From Candidatus Peregrinibacteria bacterium CG10_big_fil_rev_8_21_14_0_10_49_10 (lineage in GTDB: Bacteria > Patescibacteriota > Gracilibacteria > Peribacterales > Peribacteraceae), in NCBI GenBank assembly GCA_002772545.1, contig PFDR01000065.1, positions 1-54,327 on the forward strand: DNA of 54,327 nucleotides, in the 5' to 3' direction. Both the position numbers and the translations under genes were made by a program. Numbering within the stretch: the first letter of the stretch is position 1; every line of letters begins with the position of its first letter. The notes beneath the pieces are model-generated. The model saw nothing but the letters and a program-made list of their open reading frames with translations, ran no database searches and had not been told where the DNA came from. Below are positions 18,520-27,815 of this stretch, piece after piece.

Positions 18520-20778
18520 CTATCTCCTTGGCGGTCCTCTCCTGTCCCCCCCTCTAAACCCTCCTCCATGACGTGGCGGTCCGCTGTGGCGTGGTCTGTC
18601 CGGCGGCATGCCGGCAGGGCGCTCTGTCATCTGCTTCAGCGAGAGACGAGTCTTACCTTCGGTGGCATTGTATTCCACACATTTTGCTTTTACTTCATCC
18701 CCCACCTTCAGCACGTCTTCCACCTTTTCGGTACGAGCCCACTGCAGTTCGGAAATGTGGATCATAGCATCCTTGCCTCCAAGGAATTCTACTATGGCAC
18801 CTATACCATCAATAATCCGCACAACCTTACAGTCGTACATAGCACCCTCTTCCGGCTTGGCTACAATTGTTTCTATCCATGCCTTCGCTTTTGCCATACT
18901 TTCACCATCCACAGAAGTTACAAAGATGAGACCACTGTCCTCTATGTCTATTTCTACTCCTAAGTCTCCGGTGATCTTCTGGATGGTCTCTCCGCCCTTT
19001 CCTATAACAAGACGGATGTCATCGGGATTGATTTGAATGGTTTCTATACGCGGAGCATACGGACTCATTTCCTTGCGTGGTTCCGCAATAGCCTTGAGCA
19101 TGGTTTCCATAATAGACATACGCCCCGTTTTTGCACGTTCCAATGCCTCTTTAAACACTTCGTCCGGGAGTCCTTTAATTTTAATATCCATCTGAATAGC
19201 GGTAACTCCCTTTTCGGTACCTGTGACTTTAAAGTCCATATCTCCTCCAAAGTCTTCTTCGTCTTGAAGATCGGAGAGAATGACGTACTTGCCCGCTTCT
19301 TCATCGGAAACGAGGCCAAGTGCTATACCTGAGACCGGAGCAGAAATGGGTACACCTGCCGCCATAAGAGCAAGGGTAGATCCGCATGTAGCAGCCATGG
19401 AAGAAGAACCATTACTCTCTAAAATCTCTGTGACGGTACGAATGGTGTAAGGGAAACTTTCTTCGGAAGGCAACACAGGCTCTATACCACGCTGGGCAAG
19501 ATTTCCGTGTCCTATTTCCCTATTCCCCACAAAGAGCCTGTTGCTTGTTTCTCCTACGGAGAACGGTGGGAAGTTGTAGTGATGAAAGTAACGATCTTTT
19601 TTCTCACCCATCATACCCTCTGTAAGTTGCTTATCTCCCGGTGCGCCAAGTGTGCAGGTGGTAAGCCCCTGTGTTTCTCCACGCTGGAACAGTGCTGAGC
19701 CATGTACCCGGTTTGGGAGCACATCTACCATTACTCCAATGGGACGAATTTCATCCACCTTGCGACTGCTCATGCGAAGTCCTTCTTCCAGAATGAGACG
19801 ACGCACTTCTCCTTTGACCACTTTATCCATGAGATCACCGGCATGTGCGTAGAGCTCAGCCAATTCTTCATTTCCTTCTGCAGAACCAAATTTCTCCTCC
19901 AGTTTTGCAGCAGCGCCGTCTATAAAAGTAGTGAATATTCCTCTGCGATCCAGCTTCTCCAACGGCTCTTTAATAGCCTTGTTTACATCTGCAAGCGCCC
20001 AGTCTTTGAGTACCTGTAATGCTTCCTTATGGGTGTAGGATGCGGGTGCCTCCCACTTTTCCTTCCCGATCTCCTTTTGAATGTCTGCAAAGGCTTTGGC
20101 AATTTTCTGTGCCCACTTCTTGCCAAACTCTATGGCACGCAGCACATCCGCCTCCGGAACCTGATTTGCTCCCGCCTCTATCATCACTATCTTTTCCTGT
20201 GAAGCGGTAAGGACCATATCTAAATCTGCAGTCTTGCGGACTTCGTGCGAAGGATTGAGTATCAACTCTCCACCTACCATACCCACACGCACCGTGCCAA
20301 TGGGACCATCTGCAGGGCAATCCGAAATGGCCACAGCGAGGCTGGCTGCATTGGCCGAAGCAATGTCGTGCTCATTCTCAAAATCGTAACTCAGGATGGT
20401 GCAAAACACCTGAATATCGTTGTGAATAGTCTTGGCAAACATAGGACGCAGGCCACGGTCTATGACACGGGCCATAAGAACATAGTCATCTCCGGGACGA
20501 CCTTCTCGCTTGCGGAAGCGGGAACCGGCAATTTTACCTGCCGCATAAAATTTCTCCTGATACACCACCTGCAGAGGCAAAAAATCCACACCGTCACGTG
20601 CCTGCTTACTCACGGTGACGTTGCTCATACACACTGTGTCGCCCAGTTGGCAAAGCACAGTTGCGTTTGCTTGCTGTGCAAGCATACCCGTTTTAAAAAC
20701 GAGCTTTTGATCACCGAGTTCAACGGTGTACTCTTTTTGGGGAGCTATGGCGCTCGACCCTTTTTTTAAACCAAACAT
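18520..20778 (-). CDS. pnp: Polyribonucleotide nucleotidyltransferase (PNPase)
   Basis: DFLPL, REGRP, HGSALFQRGETQ, SNGSSSMA, GDMDFKV, KH and S1 domains. Confidence 0.97.
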   Translation of the reverse strand: MFGLKKGSSAIAPQKEYTVELGDQKLVFKTGMLAQQANATVLCQLGDTVCMSNVTVSKQARDGVDFLPLQVVYQEKFYAAGKIAGSRFRKREGRPGDDYVLMARVIDRGLRPMFAKTIHNDIQVFCTILSYDFENEHDIASANAASLAVAISDCPADGPIGTVRVGMVGGELILNPSHEVRKTADLDMVLTASQEKIVMIEAGANQVPEADVLRAIEFGKKWAQKIAKAFADIQKEIGKEKWEAPASYTHKEALQVLKDWALADVNKAIKEPLEKLDRRGIFTTFIDGAAAKLEEKFGSAEGNEELAELYAHAGDLMDKVVKGEVRRLILEEGLRMSSRKVDEIRPIGVMVDVLPNRVHGSALFQRGETQGLTTCTLGAPGDKQLTEGMMGEKKDRYFHHYNFPPFSVGETSNRLFVGNREIGHGNLAQRGIEPVLPSEESFPYTIRTVTEILESNGSSSMAATCGSTLALMAAGVPISAPVSGIALGLVSDEEAGKYVILSDLQDEEDFGGDMDFKVTGTEKGVTAIQMDIKIKGLPDEVFKEALERAKTGRMSIMETMLKAIAEPRKEMSPYAPRIETIQINPDDIRLVIGKGGETIQKITGDLGVEIDIEDSGLIFVTSVDGESMAKAKAWIETIVAKPEEGAMYDCKVVRIIDGIGAIVEFLGGKDAMIHISELQWARTEKVEDVLKVGDEVKAKCVEYNATEGKTRLSLKQMTERPAGMPPDRPRHSGPPRHGGGFRGGDRRGPPRR

Positions 20779-20804
20779 TGGAAAGAAGGAAAAAGATAGA
20801 GATC

Positions 20805-20850
20805 CCACCTTCGTTCGTCTTTCGACAAACTCAGGACAAACTTCGGCGGG
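20805..20850. repeat. REP-like palindromic element in the pnp 5' region
   Basis: CCCACCTTCG...CTTCGGCGGG with nested TTCGACAAACTCAGGACAAA. Confidence 0.45.
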
Positions 20851-20875
20851 AAGACCTTTTCCCCCAGCGCAAACT

Positions 20876-21099
20876 GTACTGTTATGGATTCACACAGCAA
20901 TCTCTGTTAGTACGAATAGAGCGGAGTGGTATGCTTGTACAACATGCAATCGTTGTTCGTGAGTAGTTATTGGTTATTAGTTCGGTGTTTTTGATGTGAA
21001 CAACCTCACTAATAACAAACAACCAATAACTATCTTGTCAGTGCCAAGCAACAACCTATCACTACAAACGTGTCAGAGACTCTTGCGTAAACCCAGTAC
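20876..21099 (-). promoter_or_regulatory. Long nested stem in the pnp 5' leader (candidate RNase III/autoregulation site)
   Basis: Nested complementary pairs GTACTG/CAGTAC, GCAATCTCTG/CAGAGA..TTGC and TAGTTATTGGTT/AACCAATAACTA. Confidence 0.5.
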
Positions 21100-21238
21100 G
21101 GTAGAGCGGCGGTGGAGGGAAGGAACTGCGGGTAGTGTAGGGATGTTTGTGTGTGAAGGAAAGTGTTCTTAGAAGGAAAATTTCCTATGCAACTGGTTTC
21201 TGAGGCGACTGTGATTGAATGTTCTTAGGAGCATTAGA

Positions 21239-23296
21239 TTACGCACCTGTAATGAAATCAACAAAACTAGAAACAGTTGGAAAGTTTTTTTTGAAAAAAC
21301 TGGGACGCTCAGCAGCCGTCATACCCTTCGTTTCTTCTTCAGGAAGCACGCGTAAGAGAAAATCCGCCAGCATATCGTAACCATCCGTAGTGAGCACAGA
21401 CTCTACATGGAACTGCGAACCGGCAAACTTCTTACCACGCAGAGCATGCACTTCTCCTGTTTCCGGATCAGAGGAATACTGAACACCTTTCTCAACTTCA
21501 GGTTTTTTAGCAGCAAACGTATTGTAGAATCCCACACGTTGAAGATCTCCAAAGAAATCAATCTCCTTACAAACACCCTGTGCAGGATCCTGCTTCTGAA
21601 CCACATCCAATTTTAGTTCTTTGCAGAGAATTTGATGCCCCAGACATATGCCCAAGAGAGGCTGCCCCGTGCTCTTGAGATGAGCTGCAATTTCCCCGAG
21701 ACACTGCATCTTTTTACAATGCTCATCATTGGGATCTCCGGGTCCGGGACCCAGAATAACAATATCTGAACTATGATCATGAACCTTAAAATGATTGTAG
21801 CGTACTACCGTTACATCTGCCCCCATATGTTGAATCATATTACGTAATATGTAACAGAAATCATCTTCATTATCGATAATGGTTATCTTTTTACCTCTAA
21901 GTCTTGGGACTTCCAGACATTTCTTTCTCTGATCCTCAAAATGATATTCCGACAATCGGGTATTCCTTTTCTTTAAAAGATGTTCGACCTCAGATCTTAT
22001 TGCAGGAGGAAAACATTCAAGACACCGCTTTGCTGCAACAGCAACCGACTGCTCCAGACTGGCAAGCGGTGCAGCTAACTTTACAGAAGCCTCCCTTGCT
22101 TCATCTGGCGGATTGGAATCTCGCACAATGGTTGTTCCAGCCATCATTGTAAGCACACCACGTACTATCTCAATGGTACGAATGAGTATGGTGCTGTCCA
22201 ATGTATCCCGATTCTTCTTATCACGACCAAGCAGAACAAGGGCGGCACTATAGAAACGACGCGGTACGGAATCATGCTTTGCAATAACACGGCAAGCATT
22301 CTCCACCGGGCTGCCTGTCACTGTGGGTGCCCACATGGATTTTATAAGCAGTTCCAATACGTCCAACTCACTCATCCCCTCGAGTTCATACTCTGTGTGG
22401 AGCAACTTAGACATTTCTTTGAATTTTGGACCTTTTATTTTACCGCCCTTCTCACACATACGTGCCATCATTTTGAGTTCTTCATCCAGTACCATAAAGA
22501 GTTCCATAATTTCCTTTTCATCATTTAAAAACTCAGTGAGCTCTTTCTCAGAAAACTCAAATCCGTCATCTGCGGCATTTTTTGTTTTACGCAACGTACC
22601 GCTAATAGGATTCATCGTAACCTTATTGACATCTATTACTGCATCATCATCCAGCTCCAGTTCTCCCGGCTCTACCGTAAGCTGACGCTCTGGAGACGCA
22701 AATATAAGATAATCTTTTCCGTTGCTAAATACACCGGTCATGTATGTGCCAAACTCATTATTCAACAGTGTGTGAAAAATGGAAAGAGCCGAAGAACGCT
22801 GAAAACCCTCTATTTCTGCACTTTTGCTTCTTGGAAGCACAAAGTTGGCACCTTCTCCCTTGCCTATTTCGTTTTCAATAATGTTCCGCACCAATTCCTC
22901 ATATTCTTCATCGGTATGGCTGTCTGTAATTGTCCCCAGCTTAAGAGCATCCACAGGCAATCGACTCAGTAGTTCACGAAGCTTCATATGCGTCACTCGA
23001 GTCACCTGAAGGCATTGAATTCTTGCCTTATTCTCTCCATCCTCAGTAACAGCTGGGTATTCTCTTTCTGTTTTAATTGAAGAATAAGGGACTGCACAAA
23101 TGGTATCTACGATACCCGGCTGTGTGCGATTTTTACGCTTCTGAGCAACCTCATTGAGCGTATCCAAAAATTCCATGGTGCCTTCATACACATCTACTTC
23201 CTCTCCCCCCTCTCTTTGAATAATGGCAAACGGTTGATGGCCGTCCAAAATACGATTCAGAGCATCAGCCGATGAAGACGGTACCGTTTCAGACAT
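21239..23296 (-). CDS. trpEG: Fused anthranilate/ADIC synthase (PhzE-type TrpE-TrpG)
   Basis: GEGANFV, ASPE, MNPISGT, ELFMVLDEELKMM, APTVTGSP, LDSTILIRT; GATase GPGPGDP, GICLGHQ, QFHVES. Confidence 0.88.
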   Translation of the reverse strand: MSETVPSSSADALNRILDGHQPFAIIQREGGEEVDVYEGTMEFLDTLNEVAQKRKNRTQPGIVDTICAVPYSSIKTEREYPAVTEDGENKARIQCLQVTRVTHMKLRELLSRLPVDALKLGTITDSHTDEEYEELVRNIIENEIGKGEGANFVLPRSKSAEIEGFQRSSALSIFHTLLNNEFGTYMTGVFSNGKDYLIFASPERQLTVEPGELELDDDAVIDVNKVTMNPISGTLRKTKNAADDGFEFSEKELTEFLNDEKEIMELFMVLDEELKMMARMCEKGGKIKGPKFKEMSKLLHTEYELEGMSELDVLELLIKSMWAPTVTGSPVENACRVIAKHDSVPRRFYSAALVLLGRDKKNRDTLDSTILIRTIEIVRGVLTMMAGTTIVRDSNPPDEAREASVKLAAPLASLEQSVAVAAKRCLECFPPAIRSEVEHLLKKRNTRLSEYHFEDQRKKCLEVPRLRGKKITIIDNEDDFCYILRNMIQHMGADVTVVRYNHFKVHDHSSDIVILGPGPGDPNDEHCKKMQCLGEIAAHLKSTGQPLLGICLGHQILCKELKLDVVQKQDPAQGVCKEIDFFGDLQRVGFYNTFAAKKPEVEKGVQYSSDPETGEVHALRGKKFAGSQFHVESVLTTDGYDMLADFLLRVLPEEETKGMTAAERPSFFKKNFPTVSSFVDFITGA

Positions 23297-23344
23297 GAAG
23301 TAAAGATAAGGAAGTAACTATAACACAAATACAGCTGTATCCGT

Positions 23345-23447
23345 GCAGCGGGAAAGGACTTTTTAGTGCACCCTACTGCAACAGGAGTTTCACTGCGGAA
23401 CTCCAACGAACGGGCCGGAGAGGGATAAGATTCCTTTGCACCGCTAC
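23345..23447 (-). promoter_or_regulatory. Structured 5' leader of trpEG
   Basis: Outer stem GTAGCGG..AAAGGA / TCCTTT.CCGCTGC and inner hairpin GGAGTT..AACTCC (23384-23404). Confidence 0.45.
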
Positions 23448-23495
23448 AACAGTACATTGTTTCTGTGCTTCATGCAAGAAATTTTTACGAAAACA

Positions 23496-23614
23496 TAATT
23501 AGAAACTAGAAACTAGAACTTGAAGCTTAGGCCGGGACCCTATTTTCTTAGGAAATTTTTGGTCCTAAATGACCAAGACACAAGAATATCTAGTGCTGAA
23601 TATTCTAGTTTCTA
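23496..23614. repeat. Inverted heptamer-repeat pair (AAACTAG) with no enclosed gene
   Basis: TAATTAG AAACTAG AAACTAG AACTTGA left arm; TTCTAGTTTCTA (23603-23614) is a 12-bp perfect complement containing the trpR stop. Confidence 0.7.
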
Positions 23615-23914
23615 TGTATTCAACTTCTTCAAAAAATGCACAAATCCCCCACTGCCGTACTGCAGCATGCGGGATCCGCGTGTAATTTTGCTGATACTCA
23701 CTCCCAGTTCCTTTGCAATATTGCGCTGCGGCTCTCCTGCATGAAGCTTTTGGATGAGTTGCCATCGCTCTGCCAGGCTATCTACTTCCTGCGGGGTGAG
23801 AATGTCTTCCAAAAGAATTTTTGCCTCGTGGGTAGTTTCCACTGCAGCAAAAAGCATATAGAGATCCCGAAGGTATTCCTGAGGGGCAGGCACAGCCGTA
23901 GTGTAACGGTACAC
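23612..23914 (-). CDS. trpR: TrpR/YerC family transcriptional regulator
   Basis: LLEDILTPQE...ERW, PQRNIAKELGVSISKITRGSR HTH; exact start uncertain. Confidence 0.85.
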   Translation of the reverse strand: MYRYTTAVPAPQEYLRDLYMLFAAVETTHEAKILLEDILTPQEVDSLAERWQLIQKLHAGEPQRNIAKELGVSISKITRGSRMLQYGSGGFVHFLKKLNT

Positions 23915-23916
23915 CG

Positions 23917-24186
23917 TTACTTTTTCAACTTATTCGCTTCCAGCACATTCTGGTACTGCTCCGGCTTATTCATTTTAAGGTAGGTAAGCAGTGTCCGGCG
24001 TCGCGCGACCTTGCTCAGTAAACCCTTGCGGGCAGAGTGGTCCTTTTCATGCTCCTGTAAATGCTTGGTAAGCAAACCAATTTCCTTTGTGAGGATGGCA
24101 ATTTGCACATGGGGGGAACCGGTATCTTTCTCGTGTGTGCGATGTTTGCTGATGAGTCGTTTTTTTATGGTTCTCTTCATGGACAT
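23917..24186 (-). CDS. rpsO: 30S ribosomal protein S15
   Basis: HEKDTGSPHVQIAILT, HLQEHEKDHSARKGLL...RRTLLTYL. Confidence 0.97.
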   Translation of the reverse strand: MSMKRTIKKRLISKHRTHEKDTGSPHVQIAILTKEIGLLTKHLQEHEKDHSARKGLLSKVARRRTLLTYLKMNKPEQYQNVLEANKLKK

Positions 24187-24211
24187 AGCTCAGAAGTGGG
24201 AAAGTGGCATT

Positions 24212-24290
24212 CCAACCACAGCCCCTAAAGCAGAACGCCTTACGTAGCGTGGTCGGCTTTCTATTGTATGCATGGATGAATCAAAATCAA
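24212..24290 (-). promoter_or_regulatory. rpsO promoter and structured leader (possible S15-binding RNA)
   Basis: TTGATT-16-TACAAT (24290-24263); closing stem CCGACCAC/GTGGTTGG around small internal hairpins. Confidence 0.5.
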
Positions 24291-24341
24291 GTATTTGGGC
24301 TATTTTTAGCAATTTGCCCTCTAAAAAGCCGAAAAAATGGA

Positions 24342-24357
24342 GTGGACAACTGTCCAC
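24342..24357. promoter_or_regulatory. Candidate LexA operator upstream of rmuC-pcrA
   Basis: Perfect GTGGAC-AACT-GTCCAC in the -35 region of TGcTAGCAT; same motif as at lexA. Confidence 0.75.
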
Positions 24358-24376
24358 CATTTGCTAGCATAGAGAT

Positions 24377-25495
24377 ATGGAAACCATAGTCGCATTTATC
24401 GTGGGGCTCGGGCTCGGGCTCGGGCTTGGCATCTGGGTCTATAAGAAGATCGCAACAGATTCCGAGAAGAATTTTAAGTCTCTCTCAGAGGAGGCACTGC
24501 GTTTGCAAACCGATCAGATTCTTAAGCTTACAGAGACCAAACTTGCCGGGAAGAAGGAAGCCATAGACGATACTCTAAAGACTATGCGGGGAGATTTGCA
24601 AAAGGTAGAAAAGCTGATGCGCGAGCTGGAAAAGGACCGGGAGCACAAGTACGGCGAACTGGGAAACAGGCTGGAAAACGCCGCAGAGGTGATTAAAAAA
24701 CTCAACACTCAAACAGAAGGACTCACCGCTGCACTCTCCAGTAACAGCAAGCGTGGTCAGTGGGGAGAGCGAATGGCCGAAGATGTTCTGCGGCTGGCGG
24801 GCCTTATAGAAGGAGTGAACTACATCAAGCAGAAAAAACTGGAAGATGCGGGCTCGCGACCGGATTTCACCTTTATGCTCCCCCACAATCTCAAGCTCAA
24901 TATGGATGTAAAGTTCCCCTTTAATAATTACGAAAGTTTTGTAGAAGCAAAAACAGACGCAGAGAAGGAGAAGTACAAGAAGGAGTTTTTAAACGACGTA
25001 AAGAAAAGAGTGCGGGAACTGCAAACGCGCGAATACATTAACCCCAACGACAACACGGTGGACTACGTACTGCTCTTCATTCCCAATGAACAAATTTTCA
25101 GCTTTATCAACGAAGTGGATCGTTCAATTGTAGATGAAGCTATGCAGGGCAAAACCATTCTGTGCTCACCACTCAGCCTCTATGCCATCCTTGCTGTTAT
25201 TCGCCAATCTATAGATAACTTCCAGTTCGAATCCAAATCACTCGAGATGCTCAAAGTCTTTGGCACCTTTAAAACACAATGGGAACGGTATAAGGAACAA
25301 ATCGCTACCGTGCGTGATCGCTTTGAAAAAGTACATAAAGAGTATGAAGATCTTGTAGGGGTACGGGAACGCCAACTGGATAAACCACTGGAGAAATTGG
25401 AGGAATTGCGGCAGGAAACAGACACTCTCCCCAGGAAGGTGATTACAAAAAAGATAGACGAAGTTCGGGAAGCGCAAAACGTAAAGACAAGGTAA
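24377..25495 (+). CDS. rmuC: DNA recombination protein RmuC
   Basis: N-terminal TM, coiled coil, RGQWGE, RPD..., DVKFP, LFIPNE. Confidence 0.93.
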   Translation: METIVAFIVGLGLGLGLGIWVYKKIATDSEKNFKSLSEEALRLQTDQILKLTETKLAGKKEAIDDTLKTMRGDLQKVEKLMRELEKDREHKYGELGNRLENAAEVIKKLNTQTEGLTAALSSNSKRGQWGERMAEDVLRLAGLIEGVNYIKQKKLEDAGSRPDFTFMLPHNLKLNMDVKFPFNNYESFVEAKTDAEKEKYKKEFLNDVKKRVRELQTREYINPNDNTVDYVLLFIPNEQIFSFINEVDRSIVDEAMQGKTILCSPLSLYAILAVIRQSIDNFQFESKSLEMLKVFGTFKTQWERYKEQIATVRDRFEKVHKEYEDLVGVRERQLDKPLEKLEELRQETDTLPRKVITKKIDEVREAQNVKTR

Positions 25496-25506
25496 GATAC
25501 TTCCCC

Positions 25507-27780
25507 GTGCCTACCGCTCCCCACCCCACACTCGAAGGCTTAAATGAAATGCAGAGAAAGGCTGTGCTGCACGAGAAGGGGCCTGCACTCATTCTTGCAG
25601 GAGCCGGTAGCGGAAAAACGCGGGCACTCACGCACCGCATTGCCTACCTTATAGAACAGGGCGTCCCCCCGTGGCAGATTCTTGCGGTCACATTTACGAA
25701 TAAGGCGGCAAAGGAAATGAAAAACCGCATTGTAAACCTGCTGCATATTACCGGAGGGGAAGATCCAGGCAGTCTGTTTACTCTGAACCCGGGAAAACTG
25801 CCTGTTATGGGCACATTTCACTCCGTGTGTGTGCGCATGCTCCGCCGTGATATAGAGCATATTGGTGGAAACCGCAGCTTTGTTATTTACGATGCAGATG
25901 ACCAGGAGAAACTCATGAAGCAAGTACTCAAAGAAATGACCATAGATGAAAAAGAGCTTAAACCGCGTGCCGCACTCTCGTACATTGGCCGGTTTAAGGC
26001 GGAAGCCATGAGTCCCAAAGAAGCCGAGGGGCAAGCCACTACGGCACATATGCACCATGTGATAGATGCGTACAAACGCTACCAGTCTGCACTCAAGCAA
26101 GCCAATGCACTGGATTTTGATGATCTGATTCTCAAAACAGTGCATCTGTTTCATGAGTGTCCTGTAGTACTGGATCGGTACCAGGAAACATGGCGCTTTC
26201 TGCACGTAGACGAGTACCAGGATACGAACCATGCACAGTACTTGCTCATGTCTTTGCTCGCAAAGAAGTACCGAAATCTCTACGTCATTGGTGACCCGGA
26301 CCAGTCCATCTACTCTTTCCGTGGTGCGGACATCCGCAACATTTTGGAGTTTGAAAAGGAATACCCGGATGCCGTGCGCATAAAGCTGGAACAGAATTAC
26401 CGCTCCACGCAGCCCATACTCACGGCAGCAGATGCGGTGATAGCTGCGAATCCAAGCCGACCCGAAAAGCAGATGTGGACAGAGCGAAAAAAGGGTCCGC
26501 AGATCATTGTGAATGAAGTGGAAAATGAACGGAAAGAAGCAGAGGAGGTACTCGTATCTGCTCAGAAGTTGCGCGGAGAAGGCGTGCGCCTGAATGACCA
26601 AGTTGTTCTGTACCGCACAAATGCACAGTCCAGACTCTTCGAAGAGGCCTGCATGCGCAGCGGTATACCCTACCGCATAATTGGGGGTGTAAAGTTCTAC
26701 GCCCGCAGGGAAGTAAAAGACCTCCTGGCGTATCTCTACGTCATTTTAAACCCGCAAGACACACTCTCACTTCTGCGCATTATAAATGTTCCCTCACGTA
26801 AAATAGGACAGACCACAATCAGTCGTCTGCAGGCTTATGCATCTGCAAACGGTCTGACTCTCTGGGAAACACTACAGGCAGTGGAAGACATTGCTGATAT
26901 CAATGCTCCCACAAAAGACCGACTCGTGCAATTTGTGCAGAAGATTCAGCACCATAGAGAACGCGCCGAGGAAGAAGTGGTTTCTATTCTCTCCGAACAT
27001 CTGCTTGCTTCCATTGGAATGGAGAAGTGGTTACGGGATGAAACAGAAGAGGGAGAAACGCGCTGGCAGAACGTACAGGAGCTTCTCTCTGTAATGCACA
27101 AGTACGACAAACTGGACCCCCAACTTTCCCTTACGAGTTTTCTGGAGGAAGTCGCTCTCGTTTCAGAGGTGGATAAATTACATGAAGTAGAGGATGACGC
27201 TCTCACGCTCATGACCTTACACCTCTGTAAAGGACTTGAATTTGAGGCAGTGCACATTGCCGGTTGTGAAGAGGGAATCTTTCCACATAGCAATAGCCTC
27301 TTCGACCGCCAGCAACTGGAAGAAGAACGGAGAATAATGTATGTAGGAATGACACGGGCGAAAACGCATCTGCACATTCTCTGTGCCCGCTCCCGTATGC
27401 TCTGGGGAAACACGCAGAGCAATGCACCCAGCAGATTTTTGGATGACCTGCCGGAAGAGGTGCTGGAACGAAGAAGTGATGACGTACTGAGTGCATTTGC
27501 CTGGGCAAGTAAAAGCGGCTTACAGAAGGCCATTCACGAAATAGAACCCTTCCGCCAGCAGAGCGGCGAACGAATGGACATGGAATTCAACCAGGACATA
27601 CGTTTTGGCGACGATGACACGAATCAGGACGAAAATCTCCGGATAGGAAGCCGCATAGAACATCCCGTCTTCGGAGAAGGGACAGTTACTGCTCTCCGAG
27701 GAGACATAGCAGAAGTACAGTTTGACACCGGAGGAAGAAAAAACTTTGCTCTGAGCATAGCACCGCTCAAGCTTCTGTAG
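25507..27780 (+). CDS. pcrA: ATP-dependent DNA helicase PcrA/UvrD
   Basis: AGAGSGKT, TFTNKAA, VDEYQDTN, GDPDQSIYSFRGA, EQNYRS, KGLEF, EEERR; C-terminal Tudor domain. Confidence 0.95.
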   Translation: MPTAPHPTLEGLNEMQRKAVLHEKGPALILAGAGSGKTRALTHRIAYLIEQGVPPWQILAVTFTNKAAKEMKNRIVNLLHITGGEDPGSLFTLNPGKLPVMGTFHSVCVRMLRRDIEHIGGNRSFVIYDADDQEKLMKQVLKEMTIDEKELKPRAALSYIGRFKAEAMSPKEAEGQATTAHMHHVIDAYKRYQSALKQANALDFDDLILKTVHLFHECPVVLDRYQETWRFLHVDEYQDTNHAQYLLMSLLAKKYRNLYVIGDPDQSIYSFRGADIRNILEFEKEYPDAVRIKLEQNYRSTQPILTAADAVIAANPSRPEKQMWTERKKGPQIIVNEVENERKEAEEVLVSAQKLRGEGVRLNDQVVLYRTNAQSRLFEEACMRSGIPYRIIGGVKFYARREVKDLLAYLYVILNPQDTLSLLRIINVPSRKIGQTTISRLQAYASANGLTLWETLQAVEDIADINAPTKDRLVQFVQKIQHHRERAEEEVVSILSEHLLASIGMEKWLRDETEEGETRWQNVQELLSVMHKYDKLDPQLSLTSFLEEVALVSEVDKLHEVEDDALTLMTLHLCKGLEFEAVHIAGCEEGIFPHSNSLFDRQQLEEERRIMYVGMTRAKTHLHILCARSRMLWGNTQSNAPSRFLDDLPEEVLERRSDDVLSAFAWASKSGLQKAIHEIEPFRQQSGERMDMEFNQDIRFGDDDTNQDENLRIGSRIEHPVFGEGTVTALRGDIAEVQFDTGGRKNFALSIAPLKLL

Positions 27781-27789
27781 AACGTCACA

Positions 27790-27810
27790 AGTGGTCAGTG
27801 GTCAGCTGAT
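27790..27810. repeat. Short solo heptamer array
   Basis: AGTGGTC AGTGGTC AGCTGAT between convergent genes. Confidence 0.5.
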
Positions 27811-27815
27811 AAGTG

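Noticed and set aside
23257-23457. trp attenuator leader peptide or T-box
   Set aside because: The ORF has no Trp codons, and no T-box consensus or U-tailed terminator is present.
24404-24428. (GGGCTC)n repeat or G4 in rmuC
   Set aside because: It is an in-frame hexamer encoding GLGLGLG in the TM helix and is explained by coding.
25540-26601. 353-aa antisense ORF, and similar long shadows over comEC, cusA and the radical SAM gene
   Set aside because: They fully overlap well-supported genes and show no protein motifs.
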